Source: Octopus vulgaris (Eukaryota). From it: 64,000 bases of DNA. This document shows positions 1 through 12,360 of this stretch, piece after piece (the first letter of the stretch is position 1; each line of letters opens with the position of its first letter). Made by a program: the position numbers and the translations under genes. The notes under the pieces are model-generated. The model saw only the letters and a program-made list of their open reading frames with translations. It ran no database searches and was not told the origin of the DNA. The stretch lies in contig OX597820.1 in NCBI GenBank assembly GCA_951406725.2, positions 71,982,001 through 72,046,000 of the forward strand, written 5' to 3'.

Positions 1-200
1 ACTAACATTACACATCCATCGGAGCATACTGGCTTCATTTCTTGCGAGCTTATACATATCCTCAGCAGTCACAACTCATGTTTCACTGCCATGTAGCATG
101 GTTGTTCGTACACATGCGTCATACAGTCTGCCTTTTACTCTGAGCGAGAAGCCTTTTGTCACCAGCAGAGGTAAGAGCTCTCTGAACTTTGCCCAGGCTA
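1..200 (-). mobile_element. RTE-clade LINE fragment (post-RT region), continuing off the left edge
   Basis: Minus-strand translation AWAKFRELLPLLVTKGFSLRVKGRLYDACVRTTMLHGSET*VVTAEDMYKLARNEASMLRWMCNVS fits the RTE C-terminal pattern (K.RLY...V...LYGSETW...E..MLRW). Confidence 0.85.
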
Positions 201-389
201 TTCTTACTCTTAGCCTGGGCAAAGTTCAGAGAGCTCTTACCTCTGCTGGTGACAAAAGGCTTCTCGCTCAGAGTAAAAGGCAGACTGTATGACGCATGTG
301 TATGAACAACCATGCTACATGGCAGTGAAACATGGGTTGTGACTGCTGAGGATATGTATAAGCTCGCAAGAAATGAAGCCAGTATGCTC
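22..389. repeat. Near-perfect fold-back: arms 22-200 and 211-389 (179 bp each), 10-nt loop
   Basis: Direct reverse-complement comparison; I count 2 mismatches; loop TTCTTACTCT. Confidence 0.95.
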
Positions 390-1029
390 AAGCACGTTTA
401 AATGAAGCAGCTTCAGATATCTTTATGGTTCCCTATATTAGTCATTAACAACACTTAGCTGCAAAACATCTCAGCAAAACATCTCATAAAAATTTATGCA
501 ATGATATTAAAGCAGTGGATACCTGCATTTATTATACACTGGTCTATTCAGGCTAGTGCCCTCATTTTGGTCTTTAAAGTCACAACATCTCAACCATTGT
601 AACCTCTATCCTTCTTCAAATGCCTGTTGTATTTGGTAACATCCTCAGAATATCAAAATAAATTCTTTATTGAACCCATGTCAGTAGATTCTTCTCATTG
701 AGGACCAGGCAAATTTTCCTATCATTTATTGTCCCATTTGTGGTAATGTTTCCTTGTTCTGCTTGAACTAGTGTATATATAATTTGACTGGCCCAGGTGT
801 TGAACTTATACCCACAAACTAAATTATACACTTAACCTTTGACACATAATCAATACTTATATTCACTATTCCATTGTTCTGTAGGACAATAAGATAATCA
901 TTATTAGAAGCGTTTAATGTAACTTTTTATTGCCATAGACATAATTAGTTAATCCTTAATTAAAAGCATTCATATGATGTTCTTTTCTAAGCTAGTCTTA
1001 CTGAGGAAAATATCAAAGTCTAGCATATT

Positions 1030-1490
1030 CTTTTATTCTTTTACTTGTTTCAGTCATTTGGCTGCAGCCATGCTGGAGTACCATCTTGAAGGGTTTCAGC
1101 TGAACGAATCAACCCTAGGACTTATTTTTTTAAGCTTAGTACTTATTCTATCTGTCCTTTTTGCTGAACTGCTAAGTTATAAGGATGTAAACATACCTAC
1201 AGTGGGTGTCAAGCTGTGGTGGGGGTGACAATCACAGACACAAGGACATACACACATAGTTATATACATACATATATGTATATAAATGTATATATATATA
1301 TGTGTCTGTATACATATATATATATGCACACACAATAGGCTTCTTTCAGTTTCTGTGTACCAAATCTGCTCACAAGACTTGGGTTAGCCCAAGGCTATAG
1401 CAGAAGACACATGCCCAAAGTGCCGCACAATGGGACTGAATAGAGAATTATATGATTGGGAAGCAAGCTTCTTACCACACAGCCATGCCC
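1030..1490 (-). mobile_element. tRNA-derived SINE family A (CORE-like), head plus tail
   Basis: Reverse complement of the copy at 5200: head ggcatggctgtgtggtaagaagcttgcttcc, internal (TA/CA)n, tail ccagcatggctgcagccaaatgactgaaacaagtaaaagaataaaag. Confidence 0.85.
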
Positions 1491-4110
1491 GTGTTGATTA
1501 TTTCAATCATCTTATCTTCCAGTGTATTGTTTCCCATCTATTATCTTGACTTTGTTTCATGAAGTTTAGCGATTCCCCTTTTCTATCTACAGATTATCAA
1601 GCATGCCAGAATTTTCTGTCTCAGTACAAATTACCCTTTTATGATGTTCTTCTAATCTTACTTAAAGGGGCAACTGGACCACCTTTATAATATCTACCAC
1701 TAAGATAAAATACCTACTGTTCTTAGTCACGATCTCTTCTGATGGAGGCCTTGCTGGAATACAGTCCTGATGTTGTATAAATCTCAAATCTTACTTAGAG
1801 GTATGTTGGGGAAATATTTGCTAATTATACTAAAGGAGTATTAGGTTATATCTGAAAGATGACATAAGCAAAAGAATTGAAAAACACTGATCTAGAGTAT
1901 GTTGTCCTGCCAGAGCACATTTTGTAGATCAAAACAGAATTAAAACTCAACCATGCAAACTGGTTAAATGCTCACCAGTTATAATGAACTTGCATTCATT
2001 GCAGAGTTGTGATCTATAAACAATGGACAGATTACAACACTTCATTGGAATACTAATCAGAGAGTTTTTGGCAGTATGCTGAAATCATATCAGCTTAGCC
2101 CAAATCATTCAAATTAATTCATTTTTGAAAATATCTGTGGAAATCCAGAACAGTATTGCATTCCTTTTAGTAATATGCTGCTATTTTTTTACATTACTTA
2201 TGACTAGTTTTTAGAACTAGTCATAATATTTCTGTCAAGTGTCTGTGATAGTACATTCTTTAAAAAACACTGTTAAACTTTTGTAATTCACTTCTAGATC
2301 CATTTAGGGATAAGGGTTTATTTCTACCAAAATATTCAGTTTTACCCCATATTGTAGTTTTTAAACAATAACATCATTGATTACTGATTCCCAATAAGTC
2401 AATCACTAAGCTACCGCATTTAGGGTAACAAAAGTGACAAGGGTGTTTCTGTGAAACTTGGGTGGAACAAATATAACTGATTTGTTAGTTTTCTTGCTGA
2501 TGCTTACATTTTTCACTGGTATATATTGGGAGAAGATTTACACACACACACACACATATAATCAAACATGTATATGCAGACACTTTGCTTTGTGGTTAAG
2601 ATGCAAGATTCATGATCAATTAAAGGTACATTGTATCCTTAGCAAAACACTTCATTTTATGTTGTTCCAGTCCACTCAGCTGAAACTGAGTGCCAGCAGT
2701 AGGTGGGAGTTAACCCAACAATAAACTGGCATCTTTGTCAGAGAAGTTTCTTGTACCCCCATTAGCTTAACAGCTCAAAAGTCAGTATACACTCTGCCTA
2801 ATGAGCCTCTAGGCTCAATATAAACTTTATAATGACACATACATGCACATACATACAAAAACACACATACATACATGCACAAACACACACACAAATGTGC
2901 ACATGCATGCACACACACACACATGCAAATTCCACTCACAAAGCATTCATCAACCTCAGACTGTGGTAGAAGACAGTTGCTCAAATTACTGAGTCTTATT
3001 TGAACCTGAAACCATTCAGATTCAAAACTTAACTTCCACACCACTTCTTTACTCTCTTAATCACACAATTATGCATGTGCTTCCCACTCGTTTGAGTCTG
3101 CTATTCTACATACACCATCCTTTTCTCTACAAAACATTTTTCCTTCTATCAAAATAAGCTATTTCATAATATTCACCTTTGTCCAGATTTGGATCTAAAT
3201 TATTATTTCTCCTATTTGTAATTCTCCATTGCATTGTTAAATACTGTTTCATAAATGAATATATGTGGCACCATAATATGTAAATGTTAATAGAGTTGGG
3301 TGTCGCTTTGAGTTAAATGTCATAAGAGTTAAGAGTCAGTGAAAATTGGTGCTCAGAACAATGATAGCAATATTCTGCATATTCAAAGGAGATGTTACCT
3401 GGACATCAGTGTGTATTATGAGCCAGATTAAGAGCACATTACCTTTTAGATTCATGTGAAAATTTCCATTGTGCTATGGTGGAATATGATGACATGAAAA
3501 TTAATAAATTAGTTATCAGGATAACATTGAGATACTTCCAGGAATTATTATAAATTTTTACAAATAAGATCTAAGGCTAAGACAGACATAAAAAGATCAA
3601 ATTTGATAAGCTTGATAAACTACCGGAAAGGTATACAATTACAGGGATTCTATTTTCATAACCTTAATGCACCACGTATAGACATGGAATAAACTTTTAC
3701 CTGAGTTAAAACATCACATTAAATGGGATGAAAGAAGTAACAATATTACCCTCTCAGGAACTGTCTCTGATCTTTAGACATGTTAAATGGAATGCCTAAA
3801 TGTTGCTTAATGTGAATGATGAATGTCACTTCTGTAACCAGTTTTCTAAAAAAAGTAAATTATATCTCAACAAGGTATCCTCTATTAGCCTTCATAGAAT
3901 ATTCTTGAATAGGAATCTGCAAGTTATGTGTCTAGCTGCCAAGATTCAATTTTTTAAAAATAAACTTGCATTACACTTACACACACTGCCACCAGTACTT
4001 GTGTTCCACCTCATCATCATCATCATCATTAACATCATCATTAACATCATCACAAGCACTACCATTACACCACCACTATCATCATATCTTTTTAGTGTTA
4101 GCTTTTGGAT

Positions 4111-4436
4111 CAGTGGTTCTCAACCATTGTCCATATGGCCTCTGAAGTCCATATAAGAGTTTTTGGGGTCCATACAACAAAATAGTAAATTGTTCGCAAT
4201 AGTACTTTAAGGGCTCTGAAAAAGTTTTGTTTTCGATGTATATATTGCTATATATTGCAAGAAACAGTTAGGTTTCTTTCTTGAACATTTTACATAGTTA
4301 AACTTACGCAAGTTAATATGTGAAAAGCAAAATAAGAATTTTGAAAGAAGTTTCTATAAAACTAGCTTTTAAACATCAAATGTCCATAAGGGTTCACCAG
4401 AATAAAATACTAATCAAAAATGTTTGAGAACCCCTG
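4111..4436. mobile_element. hAT (Charlie/MER5-like) MITE
   Basis: TIRs CAGTGGTTCTCAA ... TTGAGAACCCCTG; 8-bp flanks ttttggat / ttttaaat (6/8 match, TSD-like). Confidence 0.75.
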
Positions 4437-5199
4437 TTTTAAATGATGGCACTACTTGAGAGAATATGCTGTACAACAATTTTACTTGTGCATGATCTCT
4501 TTTTTGACCTGTCTATGTCTTATGTTTTCATCACTGTTCTTGTGCTATAAGCACCATCCACTGTCAGCACATAACACTTTGTGTTACACAATACTTCTTA
4601 ACATTCATGACAATTGCATATGCTCACACAATTGTCCCTTCTGCATAAATTAACTGTTTTAATGACCAACCACTCAATCTCTAATGTTGTCAATACTGTT
4701 GTTTTAGCATCCACTTTTCTATACTTGCTTGGGTCAGGCTGAATTTGTTGATTCCTATCTTCCAAGTTCACTCTCAAGGCTTTGATTGGCCTGCGACTAT
4801 AGTAGAAGACACATGTTCCACGTTTTGCCAAGCACTGAGATTCCAAAACTTTTACCATAAAATAATCTATAATCAATATTCTTCTCTAACCTTTTTCCAT
4901 GCAAAAAATAGGTAAACTAGTAAATAACCTGCTCAAAAAAAATGAAATCAAGATGTGTCAACCACTACTACAAGAGGTCTTCATATGTTCATATGGTTGT
5001 GGTATGGCGTATTTGCAGATATTGGTCCAGAAACAACACATGAAAATTGTGTGTACATAACTTGTTTACCTCTTTGATTTGTGTACATTCATAAGGTAAG
5101 GCAGAAAGTAGGAAGACAACGCTAATACAGAAAAATTTCCCAACTAAATGTATTTGTGAATATATTTTATATCTTATTGAATATATTATATATTTTATA

Positions 5200-5365
5200 G
5201 GCGCAGGAGTGGCTGTGTGGTAAGTAGCTTGCTTACTAACCACATGGTTCCGGGTTCAGTCATACTGCGTGGCACCTTGGGCAGTGTCTTCTACTATAGC
5301 CTTGGGCCAACCAAAGCCTTATGAGTGGATTTGGTAGATGAAAACTGAAAGAAGCCTGTCGTATA

Positions 5366-5397
<32 letters not shown>

Positions 5398-5753
5398 CAT
5401 ACATACATACATTTACTGAATCTTCAGTCATTTTATAAGCTAGACCACTGGTTTTAAATTGATATTAATCAAATTAATATCCAATTTTTCACCCTCATTT
5501 TAATTTTATGTATGTGTGTGTGTGTGTGTGTGTGTGTATGTTTGTGTGTCTGTGTTTGTCCCCCCCCCCACATCACTTGACAACCGATGCTGGTGTGTTT
5601 ACATCCCCATCATTTAGTGGTACGGCAAGAGAGACCGATAAAATAAGTACTAGGCTTACAAAGAATAAGTCCTGGGGTCAATTTGCTTGACTAAAGGTGG
5701 TGCTCCAGCATGGCCACAGTCAAATGATTGAAACAAATAAAAGAATAAAAGAA
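5200..5753 (+). mobile_element. tRNA-derived SINE family A
   Basis: A-box-like TGGCTGTGTGG, B-box-like GGTTCAGTC, CORE-like ggcaccttgggca..gtgtcttc, internal (TA)n/(TG)n, 3' aaaagaataaaagaat. About ten related copies occur in the window. Confidence 0.9.
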
Positions 5754-6399
5754 TCACACAGCCAGCTATCATTTGTGAGTGAGTAAAAGTTGGTAATGTA
5801 TACCATGCTTTTGCTAATTGTTTTAGGTGCTTGCATAATTGCAAACAGGTATAGACACCATCTCAGCCTCCTCACTCTTGATCCATCCAGGATGTGACAA
5901 GTGGAGAGAGAGATAGAGAGCTACATGGGCATGGTTGGTACTCATTTTCAGCTGAGTTGACTGGAGAAACTTGAAATGATGTACCTTGCTCAAGGACATG
6001 ACATGCTGCCCAGTTCAAGAATTGACCCCACAACCTTACTTTCATGAGACAAATGCCATCAACACTAGGCTACATATCTTCATTTTATCCAAATATTTCA
6101 AAAGCAAAAAATTAAGTCTTTGCAACCCTTTCAGAAATATACTGATCTGAGTAGAGTCATGGTCCATAGGTTGAGAATTAATAATCTAACAAATCTTACC
6201 TACCTCAATTCCCTTCAGACTCTACTGATCTTCAGTTATTATTCTCCATACCTCTCTGTCATGCTGGTCTGCTTTTCAGAAACACTTTATTGACTACTCT
6301 GTTGCTCTACTTCTTTTTTTTTCTCCAACTATTATACTTTGACTACAGCCTCCTCCCTCTTGTACTAAGTAGGTTACATTGAACCAATGAAGAAGTATT

Positions 6400-6815
6400 T
6401 GTGTGGTTATTTGACTAACTAGAAACACCAGGTAAAACTGTCTCAAATCACACCCGACCATCTTGAACCCTTTAGCATTCAGATATCTCTGTCAAATAGA
6501 ATGCTTATTTATTCATATTGTTTTCAATTAATCCTGCATTATCTTGTGGCTTTGTGATTTCAATGATGTGTTTGTTTAGTTTTGGAATGACTTTGTAGGG
6601 TAGGTATACGAGGCTGAGTCATGACAGTTTGAACATAAAACAGCTGGAATATTTGAGCTGGATATGGCCAGTTTAAACATTAAATGCTTAAAAAGGAAGG
6701 ATACAAAGAATAATGTATTCCAAGTTATACTTAGCTTGAAAAAAGATGCAGCGATAATGGCTAGGCTACTTTTGATGATAGGTTTTGCATGTTCAGGGTG
6801 ACATAGAGGATAAAC
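6400..6815 (+). mobile_element. Interspersed repeat family D (SINE-like), interrupted by a TTAA MITE
   Basis: Shares ctagaaa..ctcaaatcacac ... gatggtcatggctggaatgcctttgatcatagg-like sequence with copies near 13490-13680, 22655-22865, 22990-23400, 41020-41190 and 53955-54110. Confidence 0.55.
6468..6687. mobile_element. piggyBac-type MITE (degenerate copy)
   Basis: Starts CCCTTTAGCATT; body homologous to 50871-51093 and 61853-62064; right flank TTAA. Confidence 0.7.
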
Positions 6816-7386
6816 TTCTTTTTCTTACTACATTACCTAGGTAAGAGTATTACATTTAGTGAGCCTGCAGTGCAATTTACGAACTTCGTTCATGTCTGCA
6901 CTTATTATATCCTTGTGTTTCGCAATGAAATTACAGTTATTAGATCCTGTGCACCTTTAGCAAAAAGATTGCTTATATGCTTACACTATGAATGCAACCT
7001 TGTAAGATATGTCAAAAATTGACTGGTGTCCTAATGAATGGCTTAACAATACTGAATAGCTATAACAGATACAAGCTGAGAAGATAGTAAATTACACTGA
7101 CCAATCTAACAAATTAAATTCATTATGGCATAATTATATTTGTAATGGAACTGACTCGCTTCACAGTCATTTCTACAAAGACACTGATAACTTACTTACT
7201 TATAAATTTAGACATATGGAAATGTCAGGATGTTGCCAAGATTGGTTTTCTTTTCTTTTCTTTTTTTTCTTGTTTCTCAACATTCATTTGCTAGGAATAT
7301 TTGTATACATATGTAACTGAGAAATATATATGCCATTCTTTGCTATATAAGAAAGGTAAAACCTAATAATACTCAGTAATTTTCAG

Positions 7387-7585
7387 ATGATGAAGACAAT
7401 GATGATGCTGATAGTGGTGGTGGTGGTGGTGGTAGTGGTGGTGGTGGTGGTAGTGGTGGTGGTGGTGGTGGTGGTGGTGGTGACGGTGATGGTGGTGGTG
7501 GTGACGGTGGTGGTGGTGGTGACGGTGGTGGTGGTGGTGGCGGTGGTGGCGGCGGTGATGGTGGTGGTGATGATGATGATGATTT
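7387..7585. repeat. (GGT)n/(GAT)n compound trinucleotide microsatellite
   Basis: Seen directly; explains the spurious poly-Pro and poly-Val ORFs. Confidence 0.95.
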
Positions 7586-7589
7586 CACT

Positions 7590-9895
7590 TCATCCATAAC
7601 TGATGTCGTCCAGAACTCAGAGCAAATACCTGCCTGGTTGACTGAAGTAACAACATACCTTCTACCAAAAACTGAAGACATGAAAAATCCAAAGAACTAC
7701 ATGTCTCAACACCACCTACAAGACCCTCACATCTATACTAACTGAAAGGATGTACACTTTCCTGGAACAGAACTCTATTCTTCCACAAGCTCCAAAAGGT
7801 TGTAAAAGGAATTCTTATGGTTGCAACGGTCAATTACTTATAAATAGAACGATTGTAGAGAATTGCTGGAGCAACAAGAAAACCTGAGTATGGCATGGAT
7901 AGACTACCGGAAAGCGTTTGATAGTGCCCTTGCGTTATTGGCTACCCAAGGCCCTTGAGATATGCAAGATCTCTCCTTTAGTCTCCTAATCCTTACAAGG
8001 TAGTATGGCCAAATGGAATACATGTCTCCTAAACCATAGTAATGGGATGAGCTAATCTAACATCAACATCAAATGAAGCATCTTTCAAGATGACTCCTTC
8101 TCCCCATTACTCTTTTGCATGGTACTGATCCCACTCTCAAACAAACCGAGTAACACCAGGTATGGGTTCGAAGTGTATAATACTCTAGTATACCATCTGT
8201 TTTATATTGTCGATCTGAAATTGCTTGGTAGAAATGACTCAGCGCTAGGAGGGCTGTTAACAACTGTTAACGAGTTTAGTAATGACATCGGGAAGGATTT
8301 TGGCCTTGATAAGTGTGCTAAAATAACTTTTGTAAGAAGCAAGTTCAACCAAACAGCTTCCATTAAATTAGATAGTGACACTACCATCAAGGAGCTTGAC
8401 CCACAAGAAAGTTATAAATACCTGAGGATAAACAAAGGAGATGGTATACAATATGCTACTGTGCAGGGAAAAATAAGAAAGGAGTATTACAGGAGAATAA
8501 GATTCATACTAAAACCTGAACTCAACTCCAAAAATTGCATCAAAGCCATTACCACTCTGGCACTTCCAGTAGTCCAATACAGTTTTAACATCATTAACTG
8601 GAATCTTACAGAGCTCCAACATCTGGACAGGAAGACAAGAAAACTACTAACATCCAAGAACAAGCACCATCCAAAAGCAGACGTTGATTGTCTTTACCTA
8701 CTTAGGAGTAATGGGGGAAGAGGAATGATGCAGGTAGAACTGTGCTATAAGACCTCCATAATAGCAATGAACAGGTACTTATCTAGTACAGAGGATTGGA
8801 TGTTGCAGCTTGTGTGCAAACACAAAAGCAGCAAAAATCACATTCTATTGTCAAGGAAGATTTCATATTTGCAAGGGAACTTGGCATTGACTCTAAATTA
8901 GATGAAGAATCTGAAACCACAGCCACAAAACAAGCAAAATGGATCAAGCAGACTGCAAAGAGGAACGGCAGAAACAAATTGAGGAGCAGTGAAGCCAGAA
9001 GCCTCTGCATGGACAGTGTATACTTCAAAGTCGAAATGCTGATGTACACCAAGCAACAACTCATCAATGGCTGAGAAGCTCAGGACTGAAAGGAAAGACT
9101 GAAGGTTTCATATTGGTAGCATAAGATCAAAGCTTGCTCACAAAAAACTACTAGGCTAACATTCTTCAAAACAGTTCTGACCCTAAATGCAAATTCTGCA
9201 ACACATTTGACAAAACAATAGACCATCTCATTTCAGGATATCCTGTACTGACACCAAATGAATACAAAAATTGCCATGATAGGTTAGGACAGTATTTACA
9301 TTGGAAAATGTGTAAACACTACAAAATCAGCACACCTGCTTATTGGTATGAACATCATCCTGAGCCAGTCATTGAAGGTAAAAAGTCCTCCTGAATTTTC
9401 CAGTCAACACCAACAGAACAATCCAGGTTAATTGACCAGACATAGTCATTAAAGACAGAGAAGAAAATACTTGTAGATTAATAGATGTAAGTGTTCCCAC
9501 TGATAAAATTATACCTGAAGAGTAAAAGTGTAAATTATGTAAATTTAAAGACCTAGAAATTGAAATACTAAAGATGTGGCATCTTAAAATGAGAACTGTT
9601 CCTGTTATTGAGGGTGCTCTAGGTATGATAAAAAAAAGAGATGTCAGAAACATCTAAAGAATATCCCAGGAAAGCCATTTCTCAGAGAAATCCAAAAGTT
9701 TGTGCTGACAAGTACTGCCCACATCCTTAGACAAACCATATCAATTAAAAAGTTTGTCTAGTATTACATGAAGATATTTTGCTACTCACCCCACTAGGCT
9801 TTCAGTCATACTGTAACATCTCTTATCCTTCACTCGCCCTAGGATGCTGGTTGTGTCTCAGCAAGTGATTGTAACAAACATGCAGATTAAAAGTA
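7590..9895 (+). mobile_element. Decayed R4/Dong-clade non-LTR retrotransposon (RT, zinc knuckle, REL endonuclease), 5'-truncated
   Basis: Frameshifted motifs PAWLTEVTTYLLPK, MAWIDYRKAFDS, FQDDSFSPLLFC, YIVDLKL (degenerate YMDD), FGLDKCAK, HHPKADVDCLY..RSNGGRG, CKFC...DHLISG, PDIVIKD...IDVSVP, KDLEIEILKMW; 3' UTR followed by (TAA)n. Confidence 0.9.
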
Positions 9896-9916
9896 ACTAA
9901 CAATAATAATGATAAT

Positions 9917-10121
9917 CCTTTCTACTATAGGGGACAAATTGATTACATCAACTCCAGTGTTTCACTGGTATTTAATTTATTGACCCCAAAAGTAGGAAAG
10001 GCAAAGTCAACTTCGGAGAGATTTGAACACAGAATGTAAAGACGGACAAAATGCCGTCTTTTGCCCAGCAAAACACAAAGCATTTTGCCCGGCATGGTAA
10101 TGATTCTGCCAGCTCACCCCC

Positions 10122-10122
<1 letters not shown>
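9917..10122 (-). mobile_element. tRNA-derived SINE family B
   Basis: Reverse complement of the copies at 51214 and 57808 (gagctggcagaatc..., gttcaaat, gactttgcctttc); flanked by (TAA)n. Confidence 0.8.
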
Positions 10123-10156
<34 letters not shown>

Positions 10157-10242
10157 TGTGGTGGTAGTGGTGGTGGTAGCTGAAGCAGCAGCAGTACTGG
10201 TGGTGGTGGTGGTGGTGGTGGTGGTGATAGTAGTAATAGTAA

Positions 10243-10286
<44 letters not shown>

Positions 10287-10310
10287 CAGCAGTGATGGTG
10301 GTGGTGGTAA
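10123..10310. repeat. Compound (TAA)n-(GGT)n-(TAG)n microsatellite
   Basis: Seen directly. Confidence 0.95.
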
Positions 10311-10819
10311 TGTAAAATTGAAAATAATAAAAGAATTTTAAAAGTTTTACTTCAGAGAAAACTGAAATTTATTTTCATTTTTACATATGTTATTAACAAC
10401 ATGTTTTGTTTGTGTCATATAATTGTTAAAAATTAGTTTGCCAGCAAGATGTTATTTAATGAGTATTTTGAAAAAAGAATTTTTTTTTTATTACTGTTTT
10501 TATTATTTACACCTTATTCAATGTAATTATTGCTCAAATCCCTCTGCTCATAATGGAGTTGTAAAAATTCTTATATTAAGAAGAAAAAAAAGAACTTTCT
10601 AAAATCATTAAGAGAATTCAATTAACAACATTGTTTTTATTTTTGGATATTTTATTATCATCATCAAAGTTTGTTTTTTAGAGAGCTGTGGTTTTCCAGG
10701 TAACACATTTACCATTTCAAATAGTGAGCTGCTTGGTTATATAGATGAGAATATTTAGGCCTTTCTGATATCTTTAGCCTATTCATCTTGGGCTTATGGT
10801 TTAAAACAAAAATGTCTAT

Positions 10820-11196
10820 GATTATGAAGCTTGTTTTGCAACCAAGTGGTTTGAAGTTCAGTTCCATGTGTGTTACAATGGGCAAGTGACTTCTACTGTA
10901 GCCCTGTACTGATCAATACCTTGTGATTGAATTTGGTAGATGGAAACTGTGTAGAAGCCCAACATATATGTGTTGCTGTGCGTCTTTATATTGGTGTTTG
11001 TGTCCCACTACTGTTTGACAACTGGTGTTAGTTTATTTACATCCCCATAACTTAGTTGTTTGGCAAAAGAAACCAATAAAATAAATACCAGATTCTCAAG
11101 TAAGTACTAGGTTCAATTTGTTTTTGACTAAACTCTTCAAGCTGGTGCTGCAACATGGCCGCAGTCTAATGACTGAAACAAGTAAAAGTTAAAAGA
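10820..11196 (+). mobile_element. Older SINE family A copy
   Basis: Homologous to 5200-5753 in both head and tail. Confidence 0.75.
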
Positions 11197-11639
11197 CATT
11201 TTAGTTTTTGTATTTCTACATTCTGAGAAAGTATTTTGTTTCAAATAAGGTCACATCATTACACATCAGCTATATGGTTGAGATAGGGGGAGGGAGGGAG
11301 AGAGAGAGAGAAAGAGCTTCATGCAAGCATTCATATTACAGATATGAGATTTCACTGAATTTTCCTTACATGTTAGGGTTTACTTTGGTAGTCTTTAGTC
11401 TAGCTGGACTGGTTGAAGTGGCACTGAATTAATGTGTTTCAGATTCAAGTGTAATAATAAACAGTTTTCTATTTCATTTCTTTAAATATGCCAAGGTACC
11501 ATATGCTATTTAAGGTGGTGAGTGGCAGAATTATAAGTGAGTTGGACAAAAAGGTTTAGTGGTATTTCTTCAGGCTCTTTCTTTCTGAGTTCAAATCCCA
11601 CTTTGTCTTTCATCACACATTTAACCGTTTAGCATTCCA

Positions 11640-12360
11640 ACACCTAAACAATAACAGCATCTATCCCAGAGTCACTAGGGTCACCACGACCATACTAGAA
11701 AAGCTGATCAACAACACCTGGATCAACATCTGTAACAGCATAAACTCCTAGCACGGATAAAAAAGAACTTCACCACAGTCAACAGTAGAATGCCTACATT
11801 TTCCATCTTATCAAGGCACATAAACAGGAACCTGACCTCCATGTCAGACCCATAATCTCTGGCATAGAAGGACCTTTCTACAAAGCCTCATTGATCCTAT
11901 CCAGAATTCTAAAATCCCTACTGTCAACATTCCTGGCTCATGTCAACAGCTCAGATGAGGTCATCCAACAACTGCATCATCTTGGACCTGACATGCTCAA
12001 ACACAACAGGCATACTTTCAGTTTAGATGTGGCTTCTCTATACACTTCGGTTCCTACCCTTCCCATCATCAACCTGATGGCAAAATGTGTCACCTCCTTT
12101 CACTGACACTGTTCCAGACTTACTTCCTTCAACATCCACCAGCTACTATCAGTTATAGTCACCAACACACACTTTGATTTCTTGGGCAACAGCTATAAAC
12201 AGTGTCCAGCCTCTCAGGCCTGCTGGCTGTTGTTTACTTAGACCAGCTGAAGCATAGGGCACTCAGCACATGCCATGCATATGCCTTCTTCCACCAGGTA
12301 TATGGATGACATCCTCATAATCACTCCATTCCAAGAGAAGTTCAATAATATGGACCAACA
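11640..12360 (+). pseudogene. Penelope-like element (PLE) reverse transcriptase remnant
   Basis: Frameshifted translation HLIKAHK...VRPIISGIEGP...FSLDVASLYTSVP...FDFLGNSYKQ...SSLSGLLAVVYL...RYMDDIL (12296-12316). RPIIS, LDV.SLYT.VP and RY.DD are PLE RT motifs. Confidence 0.85.

Noticed and set aside
2198-2226. 12-bp hairpin ttatgactagtt-tttag-aactagtcataa
   Set aside because: Short, AT-rich and isolated; no supporting context.
7373-7681. Proline-rich (formin/extensin-like) ORF and the opposite poly-Val ORF
   Set aside because: Translation of a (GGT)n microsatellite plus antisense LINE sequence.
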